Shown piece by piece: positions 1-12,929 of a DNA stretch of 64,000 bases. Source of the stretch: the human T2T-CHM13v2.0 reference genome, Homo sapiens; assembly GCF_009914755.1 (NCBI RefSeq), contig NC_060934.1. One strand, written 5' to 3'. The translations under genes were made by a program, and so were the position numbers. Each line of letters opens with the position of its first letter. The first letter of the stretch is position 1. Below the pieces are notes generated by a model that searched no databases, was not told where the DNA came from, and saw nothing but the letters and a program-made list of their open reading frames with translations.

Positions 1-2610
1 GTGGCTTGCTCTGGTGGGCCCCTGACAATGACTGATTTCAAGTTTGATTTCGGGTTGATTGATTGATTGATAGAAAGAAAGTTGCTTTTCTTTTGAGAAT
101 TAAAAACTTTGGCTTGATTTCTTTTTTCCCTTTGCTTATATCTAGCATTAGAATTTTGTCTTAAAATAACAGCGGTAAGTTTCACTTTTTATTCTGTATT
201 GTGCAGTTACACAATAAGGTAATTAGATTTAGAAGTACTCAGTCACTTTAAGTGGATAAATGTATTAGTTAAAACTTTAGGGTTTGCTTTTTTGCTGTTT
301 AGATCAAAGTTTTTTCTGATTCTTCTGTCCTCATTGTGAACATAACCGTGTAGTTGAAACAGTCAAACTTATTTTTGTAATGTATGTTATTGTGTGATGC
401 AGTTTTTTGCTTCTGTCTCCAATATTAAACCATTTTCCTAATACTTGTTTCTCTCTCTGCGTGTTGTATTGTTGGTAGTCATTATATGTTGGTGATACAT
501 CTGCACACCTCACTGTTTCACGTATCTGTTTTTTTCTCTATGTTGTGTAAAAAGATACAGTCGATTCCACTTAAGTGAATATCTGATTTGGGGAAGAGGA
601 AACTGCACAGCAGCCACCTTTGATTTATGTACAACCGCCCACTTGAACTCCTGCTTCCAAGATTTATACACTTTTTTCCTACAGTTCACCTCAGTAACTG
701 CCTTTGGGGTTGGATTTGCCAAGGTGTTTTACGGTCTTTTGACCACACAGGTTAATTTCCCCTTCTCTCCCCTCCCTCATGAGTCTATCCACGCAGTTCT
801 TAACATACATTCCAAACTGCTGCGGGGTTTCCTCTCCACACCCACGAGGCCAAACCCGCATCATTACAGTCCAACTCTTCTTAGACACTAATCACTTTCT
901 AAAAGAAGTGAGTTCTCCAGGGAAGAAAAATCAACTTAGCCAGTGAAAAGGGTTAAACTTAAGTCTATTATTTGTTGCCCTCAATCAAAAGATATGTATA
1001 GAAAAGTCATTTAAATTATTTATTTCTACAAGCTAATTGAATCCAGGAGCAGCTTTAATTATTAACACTAACGGAAGAGAAAAGAAGTATTTCCAAGGGC
1101 TCAAATGGAAGCTGTACTCAGTCCGGTGGAGGCAGGGGGAGGTAAAGTTTCTCACACTCAAGTCGTCTTCATAGTTTACTGTCCTTTTCCAAACAAAAGC
1201 TAATAACGCCATACGCATCCACACACTCCCTCCTGGATGAACCTAAGTCTCGTCCCCACTGTCACCCCAAGGCCAGTTATCAAAAACTGTTCCTTCTCTG
1301 CCCTCAAAGACTGAAGCCGCAGGCCCTGTTCTGCCTCTGCTCAGGAATCTGATTGCTCTTAAAGTGCTCTTACAAGATTCCGTCGATGTTTGCTCCCTCT
1401 GTCTTATCTCTCCTTCCAGTATTTTCAGACGCACAAGCTCTGACTCAGGCCACCCAGCACCTGGCAGCCTTCCTCTGCGTGCCAGTGAAATCTCTCCCAG
1501 TAGGTGCTCAGGCTCTTCACCCTCTCGTTGCAGCAGCCCCTCTGGCCCGAGATTGTGTTTTCTAGTCTGCTCAAGAACAGAGGGGCCTGGCGAGGTGGAG
1601 GAAGGGAGGCTCCCTCCCCGGGGCTGGCCGCCTCAGTGATGGTGATGCCACCAGCTCCAGCCTGCACGGATGGAGCTCACTTCCTACCATCACTTCTGCT
1701 TTCAGTCTCCTCATAGCCTTCGGCAGTCTCCTCTGAAAACACACTGCCTACGTTAGTGGGAAAGGATGGCTAAGGGTGTGATTTCTTTTTATTAGGGAGG
1801 TGGGAGGGGGATGTTGGGAGGCATGGGGGGTGATTAAATTATCATTTCCAAGGTGCAAGTGTTTATTTTTCAAATCTATAAGTACATAGTTCCACCATTT
1901 TGGCACAAGACAAAATACTCATGCTAAGCAAAGGAAGAGAAAGACAAAGCCAGTTTTTGTTGCTTTTCTAAAGCAACAAATAATTCTCCAAAGAAGGGGA
2001 TGAAAATGCTAGTTCCTTTAAGCACTTACTGACTGTAAAGTTGGTCCCTGCTTAAATTCATACCCATAGTTTTGAGTCGGTATGACACCACTGCAGTGTG
2101 AGCAAGGTGAATCCGTGTGCCATGCATGGACCACCTTGGGATACCGCAGCACCATCAACATCCGCCTTGCTGATGGAAGCCACACACGCTGCCCAGCCCA
2201 CAGCAGTCGCACGCAGCCGATGGGCTCGGACTCTTAGCTGGCAGGCTAGGACACACAGTGAACATTAATGTACTGTGAATCGTTCCTGATAAGTGAATAA
2301 AACATTGTGACCAAACAATCAGCTTATTCACTTATCAGGAATCGACTGTTCTGCTAATTTGCTGTTGTTGTTTTTCATCTCTGTTGTAGTTCACTATTTT
2401 TGCTGTGTTCTGTTTTCTCCTCTCATGCTTGGGCAAATCACTGGGAATATTATCTTCATGTGACCATGAAACGTTTCTATTGAGTGAAAATGATATCTTA
2501 ACAAAATCTATGCACTTGCTATCAGGAACACAATACTGGATGTGTCTTATATATATTGAACTATATAGTACTCGATTTCTTAAATAAAGCTTAAGAAAGG
2601 ACTCTGTTGT
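1..2610 (+). other. Probable terminal part of a long 3' UTR of an unidentified plus-strand gene
   Basis: Repeat-free, strongly T-rich on the + strand, AU-rich motif (ATTTAAATTATTTATTT ~1009-1025), ends in AATAAA followed by a GT-rich element; no CDS visible. Confidence 0.6.
2296..2301 (+). terminator. Proximal polyadenylation signal AATAAA (within hairpin)
   Basis: AATAAA followed ~60 nt later by TTTGCTGTTGTTGTTTTT. Confidence 0.45.
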
Positions 2611-2630
2611 GTGTAAAGTTAATGTGATTA
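2583..2630 (+). terminator. Distal polyadenylation signal AATAAA with GU/U-rich downstream element
   Basis: AATAAA 2583-2588, then CTGTTGTGTGT 2604-2614 and a T-rich tract at canonical spacing. Confidence 0.65.
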
Positions 2631-4227
2631 TTTTTCAAAGCAGTGTTTCTAAGGGGTATTTTTGTTCTTTTAAGTCTTGAGTGATACAGGATATTTTTCA
2701 TTAAAATTATATCACTGGCTTTATGACTTAATATTCAATAAATTGACTTTGGAAACAAAAGTTCTCCGGAGTGCATTTTAGCCAAGAGACCTCTGGAAAT
2801 CCATCGCCTGCCTCGTGACCACGGCCAGTCTCTATCCGCACACTGTGGGTGGCGGAACAGAGCAGTCCCTTCATGGCCAAAAAGCCCACTAGGAAGCACC
2901 CAGAGTCTGCCCCAACCTAGAAAACCCAACTGTCTTTCTGGATGTGATCTCTTTAGGCCCAGAAGAAAGGGGACCAAAGAGAAAGGCAGATCCAGGAATA
3001 ATGCTGGTTTGTGTCAATACTTTGCCAGAATGATGTGACACTGAAAGCATGCCCTGCTGGAGAACAATAGCCGCCCTATTCAGGAAGGCAGAATGAGAGT
3101 CAGCAAGAGAAGGCATTTGATCATGCAGGATGAGAAGGGTAATGTTTCAAAGCGGTGTGTGAGAGAGAGACATCCTATAACAGTTGCAGCGCTTAAACGG
3201 GAGGCCTGCTGCTTGGCCCTTTGAAGGAATATTTTTGAAATTTTTCCTACAGGCCGTAAGTTTGAACAGAATGGCATTTTCTGTTGGATTCCTTTTTTGC
3301 TTCAGGGTTTTATGTTGGATTTGTTTTTCTAGCTTAATGCTGGATTCTGAGAAAAACTCCTTAACTTCTACTTGCAAAATGGCACAAGCATCCTGATCCT
3401 TTATGAAGCAAATCTTATTCATTCCTGGTAATGAGGGACAGAAAGAGCAGCTAATGAAAACCCACAGATAATCCAGAATTATTCTTCCATTCTCTGCTTT
3501 CTCCCACCACAAACCTCCTACTCATAAACTTCTCACAAAAAAAGAAGCTTCTAATGAAAGTGAGGGAGCAGAGAAAGAGCCAAGAAGCAGGAAAAGGCAG
3601 CCAAAGCCAAGGGCCTGGAGAGGGCATACCTGCTGGTGCCGTGCAGCCGCGTGGGGAGCGCTTAACACTGGGAGACCCATGGTCCAGGAGACCTGGGCGC
3701 AGGCGCTGAAGAGCTGCCTGCGTGTGGGGCGCCCTTCACAGTCCTCCCTTGCCAGTCAGGCACACAGCTAGAACACACCCCTTCCGTAAAGAGCACACAG
3801 CCGAGGGCGTCATGGGTAGGAGGGCGCTGAGTTAGTCGGGGAAGGAGGAATAAGACCAACGTCTTCCCCTGTTGGTGTGCAGCCCTGATTCCAGAGTCCC
3901 CCATGTCTCCCTAACCAGGGGCTGCATGCTGGGAGACCAGCACAGAGTAACAGGTCAAGGCAGCTGGAAGTCACCTGCCGGGCAGGAGCTGCTTTCTGAG
4001 GAATACTCCATGTCTTGTAACCTGTCTCTACTGGTCAGCAAAGCACCCTGGCACCAGCTTCCACGTGCCTGCATCAGGAGGGTGTTTTAATACAAACTAC
4101 ACACACACACTGTTCTCCAACTGGTCACTTATAGCTGAAGCCGCACATAAAAATCCCCAGTTGTGAGACACTGGAGGATCCTTCTCTCATGAAGCTGCTG
4201 GGCCATGTATAGAAAGTTCTCAGGTGC

Positions 4228-4420
4228 ATTCTCTGGGAAGCCAGACTGCCTCGATGTGAATGCCAACCCTACCACTGATTACCCAGGGAACCTCTGTGCC
4301 TGAATTTCCTCATTAGCACAAGGAGGGTAAAAATAATACCTAATATGTGGGGTTGTCATGAGGATCAATTAAGCCAATACACATAAAATGATGTGCTCAG
4401 GGTCCACGGCGCTGTGAGCA
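4228..4420 (+). mobile_element. MIR SINE fragment
   Basis: agccagactgcc...aacctctgtgcctgaatttcctcat...ggggttgtcatgaggatcaa resembles the MIR core. Confidence 0.7.
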
Positions 4421-5289
4421 CTAGGCCGGGCCGCAGGTGAATCGCAGCAGCCACACCTAAAGACAGGGCAGCTGAACTGGCCTCTGCTGGCCTGGCCTCT
4501 CACCTTCTCCCAGCAGGTGTCCACTTAGCTCCCTGGGTTCCCTGGGGAACTGTAGGCAAGGTCTGACCAGAAAGTACAGCTCTTCCAGCAGAGCTCTCTG
4601 CACTGACAAGTCCCAGAACAGGCCTTTCCCCTTCAGAGACACTGTCCACTCTAGCGGCATCTCCCCTCACAGGCTCACACACCACACAGCTCCAGGAAGC
4701 CACCAACTCATCCCACGCTAGGAAAAGGCAACGATTCCTCACTCAGATCCACCCCTTCCTACCTGTATTGTATTTAGGCATCTCTTCCCCAAAAGAAAAG
4801 CCTAGCTGTCCAGTTTGGACCCAAGGCAGGAATGACAAGGTCACCTGTAGATCTGTCTGTAACAAGCCTGTAGGTTCCAGGCCCTTCCAAGGCAAAGCGG
4901 TGCTCAACAGCAACCTGAATGGGTATATGACCACCTCAGGGAGAGCAGAGGCCGGACTTCTGAAACAAGGGCAGGCACACGGATGCAGCCAGGCAGAGAG
5001 CACCCGACCCCCACCCCCATCCTCACCCTGCTCCCAATTCACCACAGGCACTCTGCTTTTGTTGTCTTTATTGGTGATCCATGCAGAAGTTTGGAAAAAT
5101 GATTTTGCTACTAAAAGCACAAAGATTAAAAGTCATAGCTTAAGCAGAGGGTGACTATTAAGAGAGACTCTCTGTTACCTAAGCCCTGTGGCAAATGGTT
5201 AAAGTCTTCGGAGTCATTCTCCCCTTCCCTCCTCTCTCCACCCACTTCTATCTTCCCGCATTCTTTGCAATGCTGCAGAACATTCGCTA

Positions 5290-5440
5290 TTTATGGTGTG
5301 CTGTTTCCATGTCACATGTGTCTGTCTCCTCAGCTAGACCATGAGCTCTCTGAAGGAAGTGACTGTGTCTCGTCCATCAATGAACCCCCCGTGCCTCGCA
5401 CAGTGCCTGCCATCTAGTCAGGGTTCAAACATGCTGGCTG
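5290..5440 (+). mobile_element. L2 LINE 3' end fragment
   Basis: tgtctgtctcctcagctagaccatgagctc...gcacagtgcctg typical of the L2 3' terminus. Confidence 0.65.
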
Positions 5441-7239
5441 GTCGAGGAGACTCTGGGAAGCAGCAGTGAGCATGCTGGGGCTGGGGACAAGGCTTCTTTA
5501 TTCAATTGTGGATGCGCTCAGCGGGGTGGAAACTGGAGACCCCCTGGCCAAAGTCAGGAGCCACAGAGTGGGGGCCTAGGGCATGGGTGGGAATGAGGGA
5601 GAACCACTGCGGTGAGCCCCCTATGCAGGCTCTGCCTGGTGGCCCCAAAGCTTCTCAGCTAAGGGGTCCCAAATGGAAGACTTGCCCGCTATGAGGTCAA
5701 GCCACCTCAGATGTCCCGTCATCTCTTTCTGCACCCGCTCAGGAACATTTTCTATCTCGACAGAAGTTTAACATCTGAGATCAGAACGGACATAGAACTA
5801 AGCGCACATGAACAGAAACTGTGGAGACAGGCGCCTGACTCAGGCATTCCTGAGAAGCGGATCCGCTCCCTTTCCCCCATCTCCCACGGCAGCTCCTGTT
5901 GGGCCTGGCAAGTTAGTGCCCAGGGCAGGATGGGGCCGACGCCAGCCCCCCACCCTGCACAGCACAACCGAGCCATTCAAACAGACTCGGACAGGCACAA
6001 GGTCCCTGCTACTGCAGGGATGCCATTTGGCAGCAGGCACGCAGGACATGGGCTTGGATCCTAGTTCTGTGTCCCAACAAAACAATAGCTACCACAGAGC
6101 GAGGACGTTCGCCGCTAATCATTCATTTGTTCAAAACACACGTTAAAGAGCTACCCTATGGCAGGCATTCTGGTTAGGCCGTGGGTGCAGACAGTTAACA
6201 CGTCATACCCCTCCCTCTGAGAGTTTGGCCATAATTAGCTTCTCTGCCAAATAAGGGAAAACAGGTAATCAAGTGGATGGTCCAGGCAAACCTCTCTCCC
6301 CGCACAGCAGACACTGCATCCCAGGGCGCCCACACAGATTACTTGCTCGGAGACACTTCTATGGGACACTCTACCTTAGCTGAGCTCACTGTTGCTCAGA
6401 CTCAGCATCGCCCCGCTGGAGCTTCAACGGCTGTCCTGGGGGAGGATGAAAGACAGTGGGAGACAGGGCAAGAAGCTCCCTAAAGCTTGTACACAACAAC
6501 GTCTTTACCGAGGCCAGAGCTGACCAAAGTGGCCCAAGTGCTCCAGGGTCATGTTTCCCAACCACCCAACTATGACACTTTCTTCCCCATCTACAAAATG
6601 GGATCCAACCAACAGCTTCACATCTTTAAAAACTATGAACTGAAATAAATGCTGGGTGCCTTCCCCTCAAGGAACACAATTAGGCTGGGTAGGTGGGTAG
6701 GGGGGATGTAAGGGAGGACAGGGCCTCTGTGGGCCTGAGAGGCGGGGGCTCTGGCAAGAGAAGAATGCCCTGCTGAGCTGATGCTGCAGTCACCACCCAC
6801 CTGGAGCTCCAGGACCCCATGCCCCGCCGGCCCAGCTCTGCCCGCTTTCTATCCCCCACTGACTGCATCTCCCCAGAGGTGCCCCATTCAGCCTCTCCTA
6901 CAGTGTCAGCACATCCCTGTTCGCAGCCTCAATTTCTGCCCAGTTGCAATAAAATGTTGGTACCCACTTGCCTGCCTTCCCTGGCACATGACGCTCTGCA
7001 GAGCAGGTGTCAGAGAAGGGGAGATTCCCAACTCAACTCCCCCACCCGGTGACGAGAGGGCCAGGCAAGCAGCCCCTCAGGTTGGCCAGAGCAAACAAAC
7101 AAGGAAATATTGGTGATCTGTCATTCAAGAATGTGATTATAAATATATGTCACACACCTCTATAATTACAACCATCCAGGTTAAAATTTGAATAATTCAC
7201 AAACTTACGGTGTGGTATGAATTTGGAAACATTGATCTG

Positions 7240-7757
7240 AAGTAATGTTTTCCAAATTCTATTCTACAGACATTACCCTGCAAGATAATCTATGGGAAAA
7301 ATAAGTTCGGCAGCCAAGAAGGTGTGAGGAGTGCTGTTAACCCAATCCTCCTGGAAGCTGCCCATGTGCAGTCACTTAGAAAAGCTCTGGGACAGCTCTG
7401 CACCCTGCAGCAAAGACCTACCTAGTTCACCTTGTTCAGCCCAGTGCAAGCTGTGCTTTCATTCTTGAAACTGTCATCCTATGATACCTATTAACCGGAG
7501 GGGTGATTCAATGCAGTGGGGAAGCACATGGACTTTGGAATAAGGTTGCCTGGGTTGACCGTGGCTCTGCCACTTACTAGCTTGAACCTTGAGCAAGTTC
7601 CTCAATTTCATCATCTGTGAAACACAGGACACCAACAGCAGCACCTACCTATATGGGAACTATTCCTAACAGCATTTATAACACAATAAGCTCTAGAGAG
7701 GTGTTCATGAACAGCCAGCAGAACTAGTGTCCTAAGGCAAGGGTTGGGAAACACTGG
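7240..7757. mobile_element. hAT-Charlie (Charlie4-like) MITE interrupted by a MIR
   Basis: Termini taatgttttccaaa... and ...gggttgggaaacactg; the subterminal motif acctattaac|...|gaactagtgt is split by the MIR. Confidence 0.5.
7505..7712 (+). mobile_element. MIR SINE
   Basis: ggactttggaa...cctgggtt...gctctgccacttactagc...ttgagcaagtt...catctgtgaaa. Confidence 0.7.
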
Positions 7758-7869
7758 TAGAGAATTGGAAGTCCTATAGAATTCTGGAGACATCATCTCT
7801 CCGTAAGATTACAGACTGGTAGGAGAAAGCGTATGTAATTATGACTCAACATGTTAAGTCATGACCAAG

Positions 7870-8400
7870 GAGTATGTGGGGACTTTGGAACCCAAAGGGA
7901 AGGAACTGCATTTCTAACGGTGAGGAAGGTTTCAGGAAACAATCTACAGCCAAATTGACAGAAATCCCAAAACATAAGCAGGATTTCACCAAGCAGAAAA
8001 GTAGAGGACAACTGCAGCAAATACAGAGTAGGTGTGCAGTGTGGCTGCGGACAGCGAACAGCCCGATTTGACTAGAGTGGACAGGAGCCGGAAGATGGGA
8101 CAATGCACTTCACTGGAAACGTGGCTGACATTAGGTTGTTACGGGCCCCAGGTTCCAAATTAGGGACCTTGGGATTTCAGTCTACAGGAAATAAGGATCA
8201 CCAACGTCAAAAACAACCAGTCAACCAAGGAAGGATCAGAGTGGGTAGTGAACTGAGTAGAAGAGGAAAAGACTAGGGGCAAGGAGACATGTTTCAAGGA
8301 AATTGAACCAGTTCAGGTAAGCACAGAAGAGGCAATCAGACCAGAGAAGGGGAAAAAGGGTTGAGAGGTATTTCAAACACAGCAAAATATTGGGTGTGAC
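7870..8400 (-). mobile_element. L2 LINE fragment
   Basis: Purine-rich degenerate sequence resembling the antisense L2 3' region. Confidence 0.4.
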
Positions 8401-9959
8401 ATTTAGAGAAAGCATAGAAATGACCAAAAAAAAAAAAAAAAAACTGGGGGATGGGGCAGAATTCGGAGTGGGGAATGGAGAAGACCAAGGCTGTAGCAAA
8501 GGTCCTTGAGATGGACACAGTAGTAGCAGCAGCATGTCCTGGGAAGTGATGGGTGACAACTTGGGCTCATGTCAGGTTCAAATCCATCCTGGTCTTGCTC
8601 CCAGGTAGGGCCAGCTACAGATGTGGGCAGCATCAGTAACTGGGTGGGAAGCAGTTATAGGAATGCTGGCCCCACTCTGCAAGACTGTCAGAGTGGGGGA
8701 AGGGCCTGTACTGAGCATCATCTACAATAAGATCCAGGTTGATGGCATGTTATTTCTCCCCTCCCAGAAAGGACTCCACAGGGGTACTCTGGATGAGCCA
8801 GGACGTTAACATCGGGAGTTAACGTCCCATTCAGGAGCCCATTTTGCCCCCCAGAGACCTTCCTCCTCTTCCCTGCTTGCTGACGGATGCCTGGGATGTC
8901 TATCCAAAGGAGATGGTTTAGTCCGTTCTCTCTCTTCTACACGGGCCAGAAAATTGCCAAGCTCTGTCTACATCCATGAAACTATATTGTGACATGGCCA
9001 CTTGACATGGGAATATAGTGACATAGCTAAATTTATAGGCTAGTGTGTTTTCAACATTTTCTTACCAGCAATGATGCTCAAATGCTCTCACCCTATCTCT
9101 AACGCCCCTCATGTTCTTAATCACATCCTCAGCCTAATTGCATCCTTGGGCTTCACTCAGGGATAAGGATAAAGTTCAGGGATGCATTCTGGTCAGCAAA
9201 GTCCACTGTACACATTACATGAAAATAAAAAAACATTCTTTTTTCTTGTTGTCCTATGTCAGGATGGCTGCAACAAAACCACAACAAAATTTCCTACCCC
9301 GAGCTGTGATTCTTTCCATCTCCACCTGGGTCAGCAGAATCTCCAGGTAGTATTAGCTCACCTAATTAGCTGCTTTCCCTCTCTTGCAGCTGAAAACCAC
9401 ACCCACAGCACATCAGTCACGTCCGGCCCTGTGTGAAAGCCCTGTTCTCTTCCTACTGACATTCCACTTTGAAGCTCATTGCCCTGGCCAAGAATACATA
9501 CCTGCTAGTGTGACCCTGAAATACACTGCTGCCTGGTGTTTTGCCCGCCAGCTCCCGGCATCCAGGCGTCTTCTGGCCAACTGCTGGAGACACTTGAGCA
9601 TCACCCTGTGCCAGGAGCAGGGCCCAGACCAGTGTTGTGCCACCTCGATCCCTCAGGCCGCACCTGCCATCCGCTATGATCCTCAAAACCGGGAAGGGCT
9701 CTCTTCTCCAAAAACTTCCTCCCTAACAAGCTCCACTGATAAATTAAAGGCTTCATTCCCCCATCAGATAAAAGGCTAAAACGCAATGAACGATCCCGGA
9801 AAAAGTTAAGTAACAGTTCCACCTGGAAACTTGAACGGCCCTTCTTGGCAAGGTGATTTTAATCAAACAGAATTAGAAGACACGGAGAGCCTGGAAGAGG
9901 GAGGTGGGAGGATGTGGTCAAGGGCTGCCCAGCGACAAATCACTTCCGCCACGCTGGCG

Positions 9960-10135
9960 TATGGCGCCTTTGCTATGTGCCAGGCACGGCGCTGGATGGG
10001 CTCTTCCTGCATCATCTTCATTTACGCGGCAGTGACCCAGTGAAGTAGGCATTATTTCCATTTTGCAGGAGAGCAAACGGGTTCAGATGTGAAGTATCGG
10101 TCTAAAGCCAAACGGCCACTAACCGGCACGGCATA
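9960..10135 (-). mobile_element. MIR SINE at the CpG-island edge
   Basis: ctatgtgccaggcac...gtgaagtaggcattatttccattttgcaggagagcaaac matches antisense MIR. Confidence 0.65.
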
Positions 10136-11010
10136 AGCGTTACGTTCCACAAGGTCCCTGACGGCCACCTGGGCGCACAGGTGGTGAGAGCCTGGGTCAC
10201 CCCACTCCCACTGGATGTGCCCTGGTGGCGACCGGGGCACAGCCCACTGTCAGGTCGATGGGAAAGACTGCTTGGCACAGAGGCTCCCGCATAGGCCCAG
10301 GACACGGGGCAGGGCTGGTCACAGCCATGAGTTCGTTGCCTTGACCTCAAATGCCAGCTGCAACCCCCGTGAGCCAGGGACACCCTGGCGGAGTGCACGC
10401 ACGCGTCGCGGCCTCCCTGCGCTAGCCCGGCGCGCGTGACTGTCTAATGGGGCCGGCGCCAGCGTCCCACACCGCGAACTCGGGCAAGCGAGGACAGAAA
10501 CGGTTTCTCCACTCACAACCGCTCCTTTGCACTCACATCCCGTCTGTTTGGGTGTCCCCGGGTTGGGACATTAGGTTCTGTTGGTCCCGCTTTCCGCAGG
10601 CCTGACCCTAAGCGTCGTCGTCGGGAGGTGGTGGGGTGAGGCGGGGGCGGTGCGTGGCTTACCTGGCGTTAGCTTGGGATCCCGCGCGGCCGACTCCCTT
10701 TTCCCCTTCACTGCAGCGTCCTTGTGCTGCTTCTCAGTGGGTTGGCCCTAGCCCCCACCCTTGACCCTCGACCCCGGCGGAGGTGGAGTTAGTCCCACCG
10801 CACCTAGGGGCGCCCCTCGATGACAGCACAGGCCTGCTCCCGGCCTGAGCACCTGCAAGGCCGCGAGGAACCCTGGAACATCCGGTTGCTGGCGCACAAC
10901 TCTCTGGGACCGGAAGCAGGTGAGGCAGAGTGGGCGGAGCCGCTCAAAGCCCGCGTCCACGTTCTGCTCCCATGCCCTGCTCCCATGCCCTGGCTGCAGG
11001 CGCCTGCGGA
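10110..11010. promoter_or_regulatory. Orphan CpG island / probable promoter
   Basis: High GC and dense CpG (e.g. gcacgcgtcgcgg, cggcgcgcg); GC boxes ~10643 and ~10932; ETS motif CCGGAAG 10910-10916. Confidence 0.75.
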
Positions 11011-11254
11011 GTCTATTGCCCTCTATCCCTCCTGCTGCAGCCAAGCAAAGAGAGGGGCAGAGAGCAGCTACAGTCACCATAGCCACTTTCTAAGGCACTC
11101 CAGAACTTTTCCCATCTCAGGCAGAAAAATAAAACCCAGCAAGAATTCTTTCCCCTACTTCCTGTTTTACACTAGACCACAATTCTTAAACTTGGAAGCC
11201 AAGCATTTGGTCCTTCGGATATTTTGGTCTTTTTGGTTTCACTCTCCTTTGGGG

Positions 11255-11417
11255 TAGAGGTGCCAGAGAAAATACAGGGCGCTCAGTCTCAGGAAAACAA
11301 TAAACGTTTAAGTATCGTCCATGCATTACTTGGGACATACTGAAACTGTTGTTTATCTGTTATTTTCAAATTTAACTAGGCATCCTCTGGTTTTATTTGC
11401 TAAATCTGGCAACCCTA
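11255..11417. mobile_element. MER53 hAT MITE
   Basis: TIRs tagaggtgccaga... / ...tctggcaacccta and a palindromic interior like MER53. Confidence 0.8.
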
Positions 11418-11702
11418 CTTTGGGAAAACAGAGGCCACTTCTTGTACCCTCAGTCAGGGTAGTGTCGTAGGGAAGAAGGCGTGTGTTTGTCCCTGGGAGG
11501 TAAGTGATCTTGATATTTCACAATATCATCTCCTCACACACCAAAAAAGCCTCCCCTTCCATGAACGTTTTTAAAGGAAGCATAATAGTGGCATTTTATC
11601 TGCCAAACCCACAGAGTTGTATCCTCTCAGGTATTTATTTGGAACAAATAAAGCTGTCATGTATTACATAAGATAGAATGCACATGTTTCTGCAAATAGC
11701 GT

Positions 11703-12159
11703 TGATGTACGGCAGGCAAGCCCCAACACTGTTTGACTTTGTCCAGGAAAGAATTCAAGAGTGAGCCCCTGGTGTTAGCAATCTATTATTGAACCGTACT
11801 GCTCCTTGCCGGGCTAACTCATAGGCAGTGTGCCCAGAGCCACACTTGTGGGCTCTTGGCAAGTGCATTTATACCCACTTGTGCCCACTTTCAATCACAT
11901 GCAAATTGAGGGTTGGGTTATTCAGAACTTTCTAGGAAAGAGGAAATAACTTCGACTCACTGCCTTGGAAAGGGCCAGTAGCTTCCTGGTTGTTGCCATG
12001 GCGTTGGTAAACTGAAATGGCACTGATGGGAGTGTCTTATGTGAATGAGCAATGAGGGCAGCCAGGCACCTGGTTTTGTCACCATCTGCTGGTTCCTGCT
12101 GGTTTTTTCACTTCATCTTGTGGGGATAGGGAGGTAAGTCCTGCTGGTCTCCTCCCTCA
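11703..12159 (-). mobile_element. 3' LTR (MER66-like)
   Basis: Homologous to 18362-18867; TG...CA ends on the minus strand; PPT (GAGAGGGAAA on minus) at 12160-12169. Confidence 0.85.
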
Positions 12160-12289
12160 TTTCCCTCTCAAAGATTAGATATTGCTCCTTACTCTTAAGG
12201 GGACAGCAGAAGAGCAGAGGTCTTTCTTCTGTAACTGCTTCTTTCTGATTTTATGGGCATAGGCCCTGCCTAGTGTTGGAGGAGTAAAA

Positions 12290-12810
<521 letters not shown>

Positions 12811-12929
12811 CAAGTGAGAATAATGGGTGTGGTTTATTATTGCATACACTCTTCCTTGTCATATTATGTATTTGTGCATTTGTGAAACAGCAGCTTTAAG
12901 TCTTTTAGGGGTTCACAAGTGTAAGTCAC

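Noticed and set aside
1-2610. Assigning a gene symbol to the 3' UTR
   Set aside because: No coding sequence in the window and I do not recognise the UTR; needs BLAT
10795-10820. Possible CTCF site (CACCTAGGGGCGCC)
   Set aside because: Mismatches at core positions on both strands
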